Under the pieces are notes generated by a model, which saw only the letters and a program-made list of their open reading frames with translations, was not told the DNA's origin and did not search any database. Shown here piece after piece: positions 27,034 to 36,059 of a DNA stretch of 42,482 nt. The position numbers and the translations under genes were made by a program. Position 1 is the first letter of the stretch, and each line of letters starts with the position of its first letter. This DNA comes from Chlamydiia bacterium (GTDB lineage: Bacteria > Chlamydiota > Chlamydiia > Chlamydiales > SM23-39), in NCBI GenBank assembly GCA_016213175.1, contig JACRBF010000039.1:1-42482 (forward strand), given 5' to 3'.

Positions 27034-27942
27034 CTACCCTTTCAGGAGACGGGCGATGCGTTCTTCAAGAGGGGGGTGGGTGGAAAAAAGCCGGATCAGC
27101 CCCTTCTTGCCCGAATGGGAAATCTTGAAGGCCGCAATCGCAGGGTTTTCGGTGCGGGGATCTTTGATCTCTTGGAGCGCCTGAAGCCTTTGGAGCGCAG
27201 CCACCATCGAACCTTTCCCCGCAAGCTTGGCCCCTCCCGCATCAGCCCGAAATTCTCGATAACGAGAGTAGGCGGCGACGACTAAAGAGCCTAAAATCAT
27301 AAAGACTACTTCAAACAGATAGACGAAGAGCATATAGCTCATGTAGCTGCCGCCGGAAGACCCTTCGCGGTTATTGCGCCCCAGTCCTGATACAGCATAG
27401 GCAAGAATACGGGCTAAGAACATCACAAAAGCGTTTACGACGCCCTGCAGCAGGGTCATTGTCACCATATCGCCATTGGCAATGTGAGAGATCTCATGGC
27501 CGAGGACTCCTTCCATTTCGTTCTCTTTCATTTTCTGGAGCAAGCCAGTCGATACGGCGACGAGGGATCTATTTTTGGTAGGCCCAGTAGCGAAGGCGTT
27601 CACCTCGTTGGAACGATAGATGCCGACCTGGGGAAGGGGAATTCCAGAGGTTCTGGCGAGTTGATAGACAGTATCCAGGAGACGGCGCAGCTCTGGATCT
27701 CTCGTGTCTGGAGAGACGATCTCTATGCTCATGAGCCATTTGACCATGATGCGAGAGAGCGCAAGAGAGATGAAGGCGCCCCCCATCCCCCAGATCAGGC
27801 AAAAGAGCATGAGCGATGGCAAGTCGAGTCCATAGGAAGAGAGGAATGGCTTGACGTTGAAAATATCGAGGATCGCGGTAATCGTAAAGACAACGAGAAA
27901 ATTGAGTGCGATAAAGAGAAAAATTCTCTTGAACATGGCCAT
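27034..27942 (-). CDS. htpX: Membrane zinc metalloprotease HtpX (M48)
   Basis: NAFATG, VAVSTGLL, HEISHIANGDMVTMTLLQGVVN, SRYREFRAD, FSTHPPLEERI. ATG at 27942 follows AGGAG. Confidence 0.96.
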   Translation of the reverse strand: MAMFKRIFLFIALNFLVVFTITAILDIFNVKPFLSSYGLDLPSLMLFCLIWGMGGAFISLALSRIMVKWLMSIEIVSPDTRDPELRRLLDTVYQLARTSGIPLPQVGIYRSNEVNAFATGPTKNRSLVAVSTGLLQKMKENEMEGVLGHEISHIANGDMVTMTLLQGVVNAFVMFLARILAYAVSGLGRNNREGSSGGSYMSYMLFVYLFEVVFMILGSLVVAAYSRYREFRADAGGAKLAGKGSMVAALQRLQALQEIKDPRTENPAIAAFKISHSGKKGLIRLFSTHPPLEERIARLLKG

Positions 27943-27961
27943 GGGAACGACTCCTGTAAAA

Positions 27962-28111
27962 GAACCCACCTCACCAATCAGGCTCAGTCGATTTTTGGTC
28001 GTTTTTTGATTTTTGTTCGGGGGGGAGTGATATCACTCCCCCGGAAAAAAAGCAAAAAAACGGCCAAAAATCCTCCGAAAAGCGAACAGCCCTGATTAGG
28101 GAGATGGGTTC
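27962..28111. repeat. Palindromic element family D (150 bp)
   Basis: Imperfect ends GAACCCACCTCACCAATCAGG / CCTGATTAGGGAGATGGGTTC, T-rich and A-rich complementary arms, perfect centre GGGGGAGTGATATCACTCCCCC. Only one copy in the window. Confidence 0.75.
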
Positions 28112-28119
28112 GAAGGCAG

Positions 28120-28148
28120 ATTCTACACGATTTATGGCGCGTGCGCAA
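28120..28148 (-). promoter_or_regulatory. Putative sigma66 promoter of htpX
   Basis: TTGCGC-17 bp-TAGAAT on the minus strand. Confidence 0.55.
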
Positions 28149-28176
28149 TACCTAGGCTGCTCTCTCCTTTTAATAA

Positions 28177-28219
28177 GGTGTAATCTTACACCATCAATAC
28201 ATTGGTGTAATCTTGCTCC
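28177..28219. promoter_or_regulatory. Repeated operator-like palindromes upstream of the Hip module
   Basis: GGTGTAA-TC-TTACACC (28177-28192) and GGTGTAATCTTGCTCC (28204-28219); the half-site ATTGGTGTAA recurs at 28289-28298. Confidence 0.55.
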
Positions 28220-28272
28220 AATCCTATATAGATTATTACAAGTAAGTTAAATAGTTTAAGTATTGAGATATG

Positions 28273-28301
28273 TTGACGTCAATATCTTATTGGTGTAAGT
28301 T
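28273..28301 (+). promoter_or_regulatory. Putative sigma66 promoter of the Hip operon
   Basis: TTGACG-17 bp-TAAGTT, 22 bp before the ATG at 28324. Confidence 0.55.
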
Positions 28302-28323
28302 GAAGTCAAAAATCAGAGCTTTG

Positions 28324-29235
28324 ATGGAAGAGCATTGTTTTTGCTGTTTGCTGGCTTTAGGAAAAGAAAGTGCTCACGGCCTGCACCAACGATGTTTTCG
28401 CAACTGGTTTGGAGTGGATGGTTTGCATGCTCCTTTTCGATTAACTATGAAAACCGCGGGGAATAGCAATGATCCGAAAGCAGAACTCAACTCCAGTTTT
28501 TTCCATGGAAAATTCAGGAAATATTCCGCCAAATTAGGGGAGTCTAGTTACATCATTAAAGTACGGCAATCGTCTTTTCCCGATCTTCCTGCCATGGAGT
28601 TTTTATGTAATCAAATCGCAAAAAAACTGGGCATAAATATTCCCGATTTTTATCTCATTCGATTAGAGGGAGAGCCGGCCTTTGTTTCCAAAAATTTCAT
28701 GGAACAATACCCAGGAGCCAATTTGGTGCACCTGTACCGATTCTTAGGAGAGCAACCCTTTGATTTAAAAACAATTTTACAAGTGATTTCCGATCACACA
28801 GGAAAATCTGCAGATATTGAACAATTTATCAAATTGTGCCTCTTTGATGTCTTCATAGGTAACCATGATCGACACGGTAGGAATTTGGCCCTGATCCAGA
28901 CGGCTCAGGGTAAAATGTTATCTCCCATCTATGACAATCCTTCTTGTTTAGGCATTGAGGAGGAAGGGTTTTTAAAGGCGGTTTTAGAACCGTGTGGGAA
29001 AATTCATTCCTCTCGTTCTAAAGAACCGAAAATGCGTGAATATGCTCTTGATTTTTGCGAGATGGGATACGAAGAGCTTGTCGTGCAAGTCTACCTTTCT
29101 ATTGCACTTCAAGAGATTGTGGATTTAGTGAGCGCAAGTTTTATTTCCCCTACAAGAAAAATGGCATTTTCTAAGCTCTTAACGAGAAGATACCAGGAAC
29201 TCAAAGAGGTGGCTGATGCAGATTCCGACCGATAA
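28324..29235 (+). CDS. HipA/HipT-family Ser/Thr kinase toxin (core kinase only)
   Basis: YIIK, EFLC.QIA..LGI, FDVFIGNHDRHGRN catalytic loop, LSPIYD. N-terminal CxxC...HxxC and no HipA N-terminal subdomain. Confidence 0.88.
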   Translation: MEEHCFCCLLALGKESAHGLHQRCFRNWFGVDGLHAPFRLTMKTAGNSNDPKAELNSSFFHGKFRKYSAKLGESSYIIKVRQSSFPDLPAMEFLCNQIAKKLGINIPDFYLIRLEGEPAFVSKNFMEQYPGANLVHLYRFLGEQPFDLKTILQVISDHTGKSADIEQFIKLCLFDVFIGNHDRHGRNLALIQTAQGKMLSPIYDNPSCLGIEEEGFLKAVLEPCGKIHSSRSKEPKMREYALDFCEMGYEELVVQVYLSIALQEIVDLVSASFISPTRKMAFSKLLTRRYQELKEVADADSDR

Positions 29236-29851
29236 AGTGCCATCTGTGCTCGTCTACTTGGAACGAAGAAAAAGTCGCAAGTTCGTTGGCGAATTAAAGT
29301 ATAATTTTAGAAAACATTTATATGTTTTCGTCTATGATAAAGCGTACTTGCGTGCGAATCTCATTCCATTGGGACCAGAATTGCCGTTGAGTCCAAGAAA
29401 ATTCCTGTCTTCCTCTCTGTTTGAGTCATTTATCGATCGACTTCCTTCGCGGGAAAATCCTGCATATCAAGAATATTGCGCAGCAGAGAATATTGAAGTC
29501 ACTGAACAAGATCCTTTTATTTTGCTCACTACTATTGGGAAAAGAGGTCCCTCTTCCTTCATTTTTGAACGACAAAAGCAAGCCTTCTTAGGAGCTATAG
29601 AATTGAAAGGTTTTCGTAAAAAACTTGGATTAACAACACGAGAATTTGCTATCGGATTTTCTATTGCCACAAAAACGCTTAGCTCTATCGAGAATGGACG
29701 TTCAGACGGGAGAGATGCCATGAAACGACTTGAGCTGTACATCCGCTTCCCTGAAGTGGCCCTTTTTGAATTTCGGAGAAACTGCGCTGCGATCCATCGA
29801 GATAAGCGGAAACAGGTAGAACATATTCTCTCGACTTGGCCACTTTTTTAG
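29216..29851 (+). CDS. Putative antitoxin: HipS-like (HipA N-terminal) domain fused to C-terminal XRE helix-turn-helix
   Basis: VGEL......YVFVYD.AY...PLGPELPL......SSSLFESF.DRLP, then LKGFRKKLGLTTREFA....IATKTLSSIENG; overlaps the kinase stop by 20 bp. Confidence 0.8.
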   Translation: MQIPTDKVPSVLVYLERRKSRKFVGELKYNFRKHLYVFVYDKAYLRANLIPLGPELPLSPRKFLSSSLFESFIDRLPSRENPAYQEYCAAENIEVTEQDPFILLTTIGKRGPSSFIFERQKQAFLGAIELKGFRKKLGLTTREFAIGFSIATKTLSSIENGRSDGRDAMKRLELYIRFPEVALFEFRRNCAAIHRDKRKQVEHILSTWPLF

Positions 29852-29931
29852 CCTGCTGGCCTCGGCAGATTTGCTCTCTCCGAGAGTAAATCTGCCGAGG
29901 CCAGCAGGCTAAAAAAGTGGCCAAGTCGAGA
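29829..29931. repeat. 103-bp near-perfect hairpin (element E)
   Basis: 50-bp arms with a single G/T mismatch and a 3-nt loop (TCC). Confidence 0.92.
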
Positions 29932-30014
29932 TTCTTTCAGAATATTCGAGTTGCCAGAAATAGGGCTATTCTGTCATGTATTCGTAGCAATTCTTAAGGA
30001 AGGGGCCTAAAGCG

Positions 30015-30224
30015 GTGAATGTGGCAGCAATTTCTCGGATGAAGAAAGCTTTAGGTGGGAAATATACCTGCTATGTACTCATCGCCTGTTCTACGCCTGC
30101 AGAAAACGGAAATATGGACGTAGAGATGCACTTCGAAGGCGATGAGACTCTCGCTGCTTTTCTCGTAGAAAATGCCAGTCAAGCATTCGAAGAGCGGCAG
30201 GGACTGCAGGAATCCGGTTGTTAG
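30015..30224 (+). CDS. Small hypothetical protein, probably conserved in chlamydiae
   Basis: AAGGAAGGGG RBS; CYVLIAC...G.MDVEMHFEGD..LAAFLVE looks like a globular protein; co-oriented with the next gene. Confidence 0.65.
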   Translation: MNVAAISRMKKALGGKYTCYVLIACSTPAENGNMDVEMHFEGDETLAAFLVENASQAFEERQGLQESGC

Positions 30225-30252
30225 TTAGTGGCGTTTTTTCTATGATCGGGCT

Positions 30253-31617
30253 ATGATGACGATCGCCGATCTCAAGAATTGGTTCAGCAAACATCGCTCA
30301 GAGATCAAGGAAGAGTATTTCCGCTTTTTACGCTTCGCATCGATTAGCGCAGATCCTGCGTATCGGGATCGCTGTGAACATTGTGCCCAGTGGTTGGCAG
30401 AATTTATGCGCCAAGGCGGCTTGCAGACAGAGTTGATCTCCACGCCAGGATTGCCTCTCGTGTACGCAGAAGATCTCAGCGCAGGTCCACAGACTCCGAC
30501 TCTTCTTCTCTACGGTCATTACGACGTACAGCCAATTGATCCTGCCGAATTATGGATAAGTCCTCCTTTTGAGCCGACAGAGCGTAATGGGTCTGTCTAC
30601 GCGCGCGGCGCTGTCGACGACAAGGGGCAGATTTTGTACGCGATTTTCGCTGTTCTCTGTTGGAAGAAAATGGGACGATCGTTGCCGGTTAATGTGAAAT
30701 TTTGTATCGAGGGAGAAGAGGAGTCTCACAGCACTGGGCTCTTTCAGATGTTGGAAATTTTAGGAAAAAAAATGCGCGCCGATTACTTGCTGGTTGTCGA
30801 TTTCGACCAGTTCGATCGGGATATGCCGGCTGTGTCTCTCGGAGGCAGGGGGCTTGTCTCCTTAGAAGTGACTTTGATCGGTTCTCATACGGATCTCCAC
30901 TCAGGTTTGTACGGAGGCGTTGCCTATAATCCGAATCGAGCGCTTGTTGAATTGCTTGCAAAATTGTGGGATGCGGAAGGACGTGTGCAGGTACCAGGTT
31001 TTTACGACGATGTCGTCGATGTGCCTGAGAAAGAAAGAAGCATGTTTGCTTGCAGATACGGGAAGGAAGACTATGCGAAGGCCTGTGGTATTGAGGCGTT
31101 CGGGGGAGAAAAAGGGCGCACGCTCCACGAAGCGAACTGCTTTCGCCCGACCCTAGAACTCAATGGAATTTCTGGAGGGTATACGGGCGCAGGAATGAAA
31201 ACGGTAATCCCTGCTGCTGCGCAGGCTAAAATTTCGTGCCGTCTCGTACCTCATCAAAATCCAGAGACAATCGGACGCTCTATCGCACAATTCCTCAGGC
31301 AGAACGCCGTGCCAGGGATGAAAATCGAGGTGGTGCAACATGAGGGAGATTCTGCTTTTCGTGGAGAGAGAACGTCAAAACTGACCCAAGCAATCGCCAA
31401 GGCATCCTCCGAGGTGGCAGGTGTAGAGTGTCGCTATATTCTCTCTGGCGCTTCAATTCCGATCGTTCCTGAACTCGTGAAAGCTACGGGGGCACAGATG
31501 GTGGGCATGGGCTACGGTCTCATCGACGATGAAATTCATGCACCGAACGAACATTTCGATATGCACCGCTTCGAGCAGGGGTTTTTGACCGTAGGAAGAG
31601 CTTTGGCTTTGTTATGA
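30253..31617 (+). CDS. M20 family metallo-dipeptidase (ArgE/DapE-like)
   Basis: YGHYDVQP, ARGAVDDKGQ, EGEEE, DLHSG.YGG, IHAPNEHF. Confidence 0.93.
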   Translation: MMTIADLKNWFSKHRSEIKEEYFRFLRFASISADPAYRDRCEHCAQWLAEFMRQGGLQTELISTPGLPLVYAEDLSAGPQTPTLLLYGHYDVQPIDPAELWISPPFEPTERNGSVYARGAVDDKGQILYAIFAVLCWKKMGRSLPVNVKFCIEGEEESHSTGLFQMLEILGKKMRADYLLVVDFDQFDRDMPAVSLGGRGLVSLEVTLIGSHTDLHSGLYGGVAYNPNRALVELLAKLWDAEGRVQVPGFYDDVVDVPEKERSMFACRYGKEDYAKACGIEAFGGEKGRTLHEANCFRPTLELNGISGGYTGAGMKTVIPAAAQAKISCRLVPHQNPETIGRSIAQFLRQNAVPGMKIEVVQHEGDSAFRGERTSKLTQAIAKASSEVAGVECRYILSGASIPIVPELVKATGAQMVGMGYGLIDDEIHAPNEHFDMHRFEQGFLTVGRALALL

Positions 31618-32705
31618 TAGAGAAAAGCACAAATGAATCGGTTCTGTGGCAGGTGGTGGGTCCCATCGCCCTTATCGCAGCCTTTGCTATGGCGCCCATA
31701 GGCGTCGCTTCCGTTCCCCTAAAAATGACCAGTTGCCTGGGATTATTTCTCAGCGCACGCTGGCAGATGAGGGGGTGTTTCGCCGCGCTTCTTACCTTGT
31801 TCGTGGCAGGCACTTTATCGCATGTCTTAGCAGACGGACACCATCTATGGCGCTTGTGTCTAGAATTCTCTTCCGCGCTCTCGTTTGTGATTACGGCGCT
31901 CTCCTTTACCCAAATCGGACAAGATCTCTCCTCTCTTGCCTCTCAGACCCAGGCGCAGCAAGCGGCGATCCGTAATCTGGAAGAGGAGATGGCCTCGATC
32001 CATGCTAATGCCACCGAACGGCAAATTGTCTCCACGGCAAAAATTGAAGAGCTTCAGAAGCGGATTGAAGAGGTAGAGTCGGAGAAGGCGTCGCTGGAAA
32101 TTTTGAATGATGTCTTACGCAAGACAAATGCAGGCTACTACGTAGAAAAAAAAGCGCTTGAGGAGAGCTTTTCTCAAGAAAAACAAAGGCTTGCTCAGCT
32201 TGTCTTGGTAGCCGAAGAGCAAAGACAAGAAATTGCTGTACTGCAACAAATTAGTGCTACGACTGCAAATAACGATCTTTTGCACCAAGAGCGTGAGGCG
32301 CTCATGGAGCAATTGACTCAAGCGGAAGAGAAGATCCGATCTCTCGCACTCCTAGAGAGCAAACACAGGCAGCTCAAGGAACAATTCGAAGAAAAAAACA
32401 AAGTGCTGCAAGAGACCCGGGCGCTCTTATTTCACTCGGATACCGCTCTGCAATCTTTCCAAATTGAAAAGGCGCAAAAAGAGCTGAGGTTCGATCCCTT
32501 ATTTGAAGCGTTGAGCAAGGAGCTCTCTGTTCAGGAGCAAGAGACGTCTCACTTGCAGGAAGAAAATAAGGAGCTGGAGTGTCTTGTTACCTGTCTTACG
32601 CACCTGGCAGGGCAGCCCTCCTTGGAAGAAATTCTCCGAGAGTCGCTTGTTCCTAAGAGAAAGAAAAAAACGAAAAAACCGGCCCAGCAAGACCTACTGT
32701 TTTAG
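31614..32705 (+). CDS. Membrane-anchored coiled-coil protein (CT850-like position next to map)
   Basis: N-terminal hydrophobic helices, long Glu/Gln/Leu heptad region and basic tail; convergent with map. Confidence 0.75.
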   Translation: MIEKSTNESVLWQVVGPIALIAAFAMAPIGVASVPLKMTSCLGLFLSARWQMRGCFAALLTLFVAGTLSHVLADGHHLWRLCLEFSSALSFVITALSFTQIGQDLSSLASQTQAQQAAIRNLEEEMASIHANATERQIVSTAKIEELQKRIEEVESEKASLEILNDVLRKTNAGYYVEKKALEESFSQEKQRLAQLVLVAEEQRQEIAVLQQISATTANNDLLHQEREALMEQLTQAEEKIRSLALLESKHRQLKEQFEEKNKVLQETRALLFHSDTALQSFQIEKAQKELRFDPLFEALSKELSVQEQETSHLQEENKELECLVTCLTHLAGQPSLEEILRESLVPKRKKKTKKPAQQDLLF

Positions 32706-33569
32706 TACACCAGTTAAGACTTCATATCCTGTTTCTGTGATGAGGAGAGTGTGCTCCCATTGGGCAGAGGGTCTGCCGTCTTTAGTTCTCACGGTCCAGA
32801 GATCGATCGGATCGATCAACCCCTCGCGCACCCCTCCATTAATCATGGGTTCAATCGTAAAGGTCATTCCTGGTACGAGTAAGATATCGAGTTTGTTATA
32901 ATGATGGGGGATTTCTGGGGGTTCATGAAAGGCGACGCCGATCCCATGCCCTACATACTGATTGACAACAGAGCATTTTTGGGTAGCTGCATACTCTTCG
33001 ATGGCCTTCCCGATATGCCAAATAGGAACGCCCGGTTTACAGACGGCCATGGCGCGCTCCAAGCATTCATGCGAGACGGTGACTACGCGCTGTTTCTCCT
33101 CAGCAATCTTCCCGATGCATACCATGCGGCTGCAATCGCCGAAATGATCGTCAACGATAGAAGAGACGTCGATATTCATGATATCCCCCTCTTGGAGGGG
33201 GCGATCGTCTGGGATTCCGTGGCAGATCACCTCATTTAAAGAGGTACAGATTGTTTTCGGATAGGGGGGATCTCCATAGCCCAGATCGGCCGGAATAGCG
33301 CCAGCTTCTTGATGGAGTCTACGGGAAAGGAGATCAAGTTCGTTAGTTGTAACCCCTTTTTTCGCAGCAAGGCATAAAGCATCAAGAATCTGGGCGGTCA
33401 CACGGCATGCTCTACGGATTTTTGCAATCTGCTCAGGAGTCTTCAGTACGATCCCATAGCGTCTGAGATATTCCTTGGATAAGGGATTAGAGGTAGATAG
33501 ATCGGGATAATGGCACTTTTTCCATTTTTTTCCGCTTCCACACCAACAGGGATCATTTCGCTCAATCAT
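32694..33569 (-). CDS. map: Methionine aminopeptidase type I with N-terminal SEC-C motif
   Basis: RNDPCWCGSGKKWKKCH; CTSLNEVICHGIP, NIDVS, GDCSRM, GHGIG..FHE, FTIEPMIN, SAQWEHT. Confidence 0.96.
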   Translation of the reverse strand: MIERNDPCWCGSGKKWKKCHYPDLSTSNPLSKEYLRRYGIVLKTPEQIAKIRRACRVTAQILDALCLAAKKGVTTNELDLLSRRLHQEAGAIPADLGYGDPPYPKTICTSLNEVICHGIPDDRPLQEGDIMNIDVSSIVDDHFGDCSRMVCIGKIAEEKQRVVTVSHECLERAMAVCKPGVPIWHIGKAIEEYAATQKCSVVNQYVGHGIGVAFHEPPEIPHHYNKLDILLVPGMTFTIEPMINGGVREGLIDPIDLWTVRTKDGRPSAQWEHTLLITETGYEVLTGVLKQ

Positions 33570-33603
33570 AGAGTAAGGGATTGTTTAACAGTCCCTAAGT
33601 AGT

Positions 33604-34344
33604 CTACAACAAATCATACCTTACATGAAAGAGGGAGAGGCCGTGAGGTGGCGCCGTAACCCCTGCCTGTGTACGATCTTTCTCTATGAAAATTTTTTCT
33701 ATCGCCTCTTCAGGCAGTTTATTGCAGCCAACATAGACAAGCGTGCCGACGATGGTGCGTGCCATTTTATAGAGGAATCGATCTCCGCAGAGGGCGATTT
33801 GCAGCCTCTCTTCAGGGAGTTGAGAAATGGCAATACGATTTATGGTACAGAATGGATTGGGATGATCCGCGTTTGCAAAGGCAGAAAAATCGTGGCGGCC
33901 TAAGAAATAGTTCGACGCGCTCACCATACGCGTCAGATCGAGAGGTCTTTGGACATGCCATGAATAGAGGAAGTGGAGAGGAGACTGAACGGGTCCGAGA
34001 CAAAGATGATAGTGATACTCCTTTTCCTTGGCCTGTAAAGTAGGATGAAAATCTAACGGCGCTCTTTCTACACGGTGGATGCGGATGGTATCAGGGAGGC
34101 AAGCATTGAGCCCTTTTTGCAACCGAATCTCGTCCCATTCTTTCTGTAAACACAAAGAAGCGACTTGACCCTCTGCATGGACGCCTCGATCAGTGCGGCT
34201 TGCCCCATCGGGTAATTGAGGCTCCTGCGTAACCTGTGATACTGCTTTTTCAAGCAACTCTTGGACGCTCGGCCCGCTTTTTGTTTTTTGCCAGCCGAAA
34301 TAAGGCGTGCCGTCATAGGAGAGAGTAATTTTATAGCGGTTCAT
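33604..34344 (-). CDS. truA: tRNA pseudouridine(38-40) synthase
   Basis: YDGT.YFGWQ, ASRTDRGVHA.GQ, HDFSAF, FLYKMAR, APPHGL. Confidence 0.95.
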   Translation of the reverse strand: MNRYKITLSYDGTPYFGWQKTKSGPSVQELLEKAVSQVTQEPQLPDGASRTDRGVHAEGQVASLCLQKEWDEIRLQKGLNACLPDTIRIHRVERAPLDFHPTLQAKEKEYHYHLCLGPVQSPLHFLYSWHVQRPLDLTRMVSASNYFLGRHDFSAFANADHPNPFCTINRIAISQLPEERLQIALCGDRFLYKMARTIVGTLVYVGCNKLPEEAIEKIFIEKDRTQAGVTAPPHGLSLFHVRYDLL

Positions 34345-34933
34345 GGAGATGAGCGATGAAGGCGGTGACGCCGCTGAGGAACATCTGGATAGCGATAAGG
34401 GTTAGGATGAGGCCCATGAGTCTTTCCAAAGCAGTAATGCCCCTCCAGCCTAAAATTTTTTTTAAAAAAGAAGAGGCGAGCAGAATGAGTAAAGAAGCTC
34501 CCCAGGCGAACAAAATGGCACCCATCATGACCCAATCGCTTGTCTCTTGGCGGGCATAGATCATTACGGCGGCCAGAACACCAGGGCCTGCAACCAGGGG
34601 TACCGCCAAGGGGACGATGAATGGCTCGCTTGTGTGAGGGAGCGCTTCATTGGGGTCGTGCGGGGCTGGGAAAATCATTTTTAGGCAGAGAAGAAATAGG
34701 ATAATGCCGCCGGCGATTTGGATGGTGTCTTCCCGTACATTGAGAAAACGCATCAGACCGTCTCCTACAAAAGTAAAAAGGATAATAATGAAGAGGGCGA
34801 TAAGCAATTCTCTGACAATGACTTTCCGTTGGCGCTCTGGATTGAGCCCCTTCAAAAAGCTAATGTAGAAGGGGATGTTTCCGATGGGATCCATCAATAG
34901 AAAAAGGGAGAGAGCAATCGAAAATAGTCCCAT
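34331..34933 (-). CDS. MarC family integral membrane protein
   Basis: LMDPIGNIP, IAGGIILF, FIVPLAVPLVAGPG, ERLMGLIL. Start assigned to ATG 34933. Confidence 0.92.
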   Translation of the reverse strand: MGLFSIALSLFLLMDPIGNIPFYISFLKGLNPERQRKVIVRELLIALFIIILFTFVGDGLMRFLNVREDTIQIAGGIILFLLCLKMIFPAPHDPNEALPHTSEPFIVPLAVPLVAGPGVLAAVMIYARQETSDWVMMGAILFAWGASLLILLASSFLKKILGWRGITALERLMGLILTLIAIQMFLSGVTAFIAHLHEPL

Positions 34934-34965
34934 AGACCCGATTTTGAACTCGCTTGTGTATAAAA

Positions 34966-35997
34966 TCAATGGGCTGTTGTGGAAATGCGGCGCCACAAGG
35001 AGTTCATGAACGATTTTTGCTCCGTTGTAAGAGGGGATAGGATGATGAGGCAATCGCTATTTTTCATGAAGGCAGATTTTGTCCAATTGGCGGAGCCTGC
35101 GATGAGGATCTGTTCGTCGATGTAGGCGAATTTGTGGTGGAGGAGCTGCGTTCCTTGGCTATGGAGAATCTTGACGCCCGTCCTTTGTAGCGCTTGAAGG
35201 GTTTGCGCGCTGGCTCCGAGTCCTGAATGCATATCGATGACCACAGTGACGTCGACGCCCCTTTGATGAGCGAGAACGAGTTCATCTGCAAGTCCCGCGT
35301 GGGTGAAGGTAAAGAGAGCGATCCGAATTGATTTTCGGGCAGTTTTCAGTCTTTTTTTGAGCTCTAGGAGACTATGTGCTTTGGGGTCTGGCAAGATCCA
35401 AAGATCGACATTTTGCCCTCCGATCAGGGTGTGCAGGTGACTGGATGGGCAAAGTGCCTTTTCTTGCAGAAAGGAAGCGATCCGTTGGTTTGCAAACCCG
35501 ATGACTAGATTGTCATGCATGCGTAAGGACTGGGTGGTCATATTTGCGGAACCGAGGAAGACCATTTCCTGATCTACAATTAAAATTTTTTGGTGCATGA
35601 AACCCGATTGCCGAATGGGGGAGACGGCACATCCAAGCAGCACTTGGCGTAAATTAGGAGAGCCGTTGGGATCGTAATAGACGGTGACGGGAATTTGCTG
35701 ATTGGCTTTGCGAAGAAGCGCTTTGAGGATAGCAGGATCGCTGAGGCCAAACATCACGAGATGGAGGGATTTAGTCGATTGTTGAATTGCCTCAAGAAGG
35801 GTGAGAGTGAGATCTTGCTGGCATTGATTGGAGTAGAGTTTAGGCGGGGCGTCGGGGGTGGGCAAGATTGGGGTAACGGAGCGCCAGACAAACCAGCTTA
35901 CAAAAGCCAGGCAAGCCAGTAGGAGGAGGGGGAGACGCTTAGAAGATTTTTTTTGAGATAGGGGACGCCTCTGAGGGAGAGATACCTTTCTAGACAA
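34966..35997 (-). CDS. Phospholipase D superfamily protein (two HKD motifs)
   Basis: MHQKILIVD...GSAN and LHHKFAYID...GSANWT; N-terminal membrane anchor. Confidence 0.92.
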   Translation of the reverse strand: MSRKVSLPQRRPLSQKKSSKRLPLLLLACLAFVSWFVWRSVTPILPTPDAPPKLYSNQCQQDLTLTLLEAIQQSTKSLHLVMFGLSDPAILKALLRKANQQIPVTVYYDPNGSPNLRQVLLGCAVSPIRQSGFMHQKILIVDQEMVFLGSANMTTQSLRMHDNLVIGFANQRIASFLQEKALCPSSHLHTLIGGQNVDLWILPDPKAHSLLELKKRLKTARKSIRIALFTFTHAGLADELVLAHQRGVDVTVVIDMHSGLGASAQTLQALQRTGVKILHSQGTQLLHHKFAYIDEQILIAGSANWTKSAFMKNSDCLIILSPLTTEQKSFMNSLWRRISTTAH

Positions 35998-36009
35998 AGA
36001 GGACGCCTT

Positions 36010-36058
36010 AAAAAAGTAGAGCCAGTTCTCTCATTGCACGCAATGGGAGAACTGCCTC
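36010..36058 (-). terminator. Rho-independent terminator after rpmB
   Basis: Stem CAGTTCTC.CATTGC / GCAATG.GAGAACTG followed on the minus strand by TACTTTTTT. Confidence 0.7.
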
Positions 36059-36059
36059 A

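Noticed and set aside
27484-28095. 203-aa plus-strand ORF
   Set aside because: Antisense to htpX and running into element D.
28270-28323. Upstream start for the Hip kinase
   Set aside because: This stretch contains the predicted promoter; ATG 28324 directly precedes the Cys motif and is more plausible.
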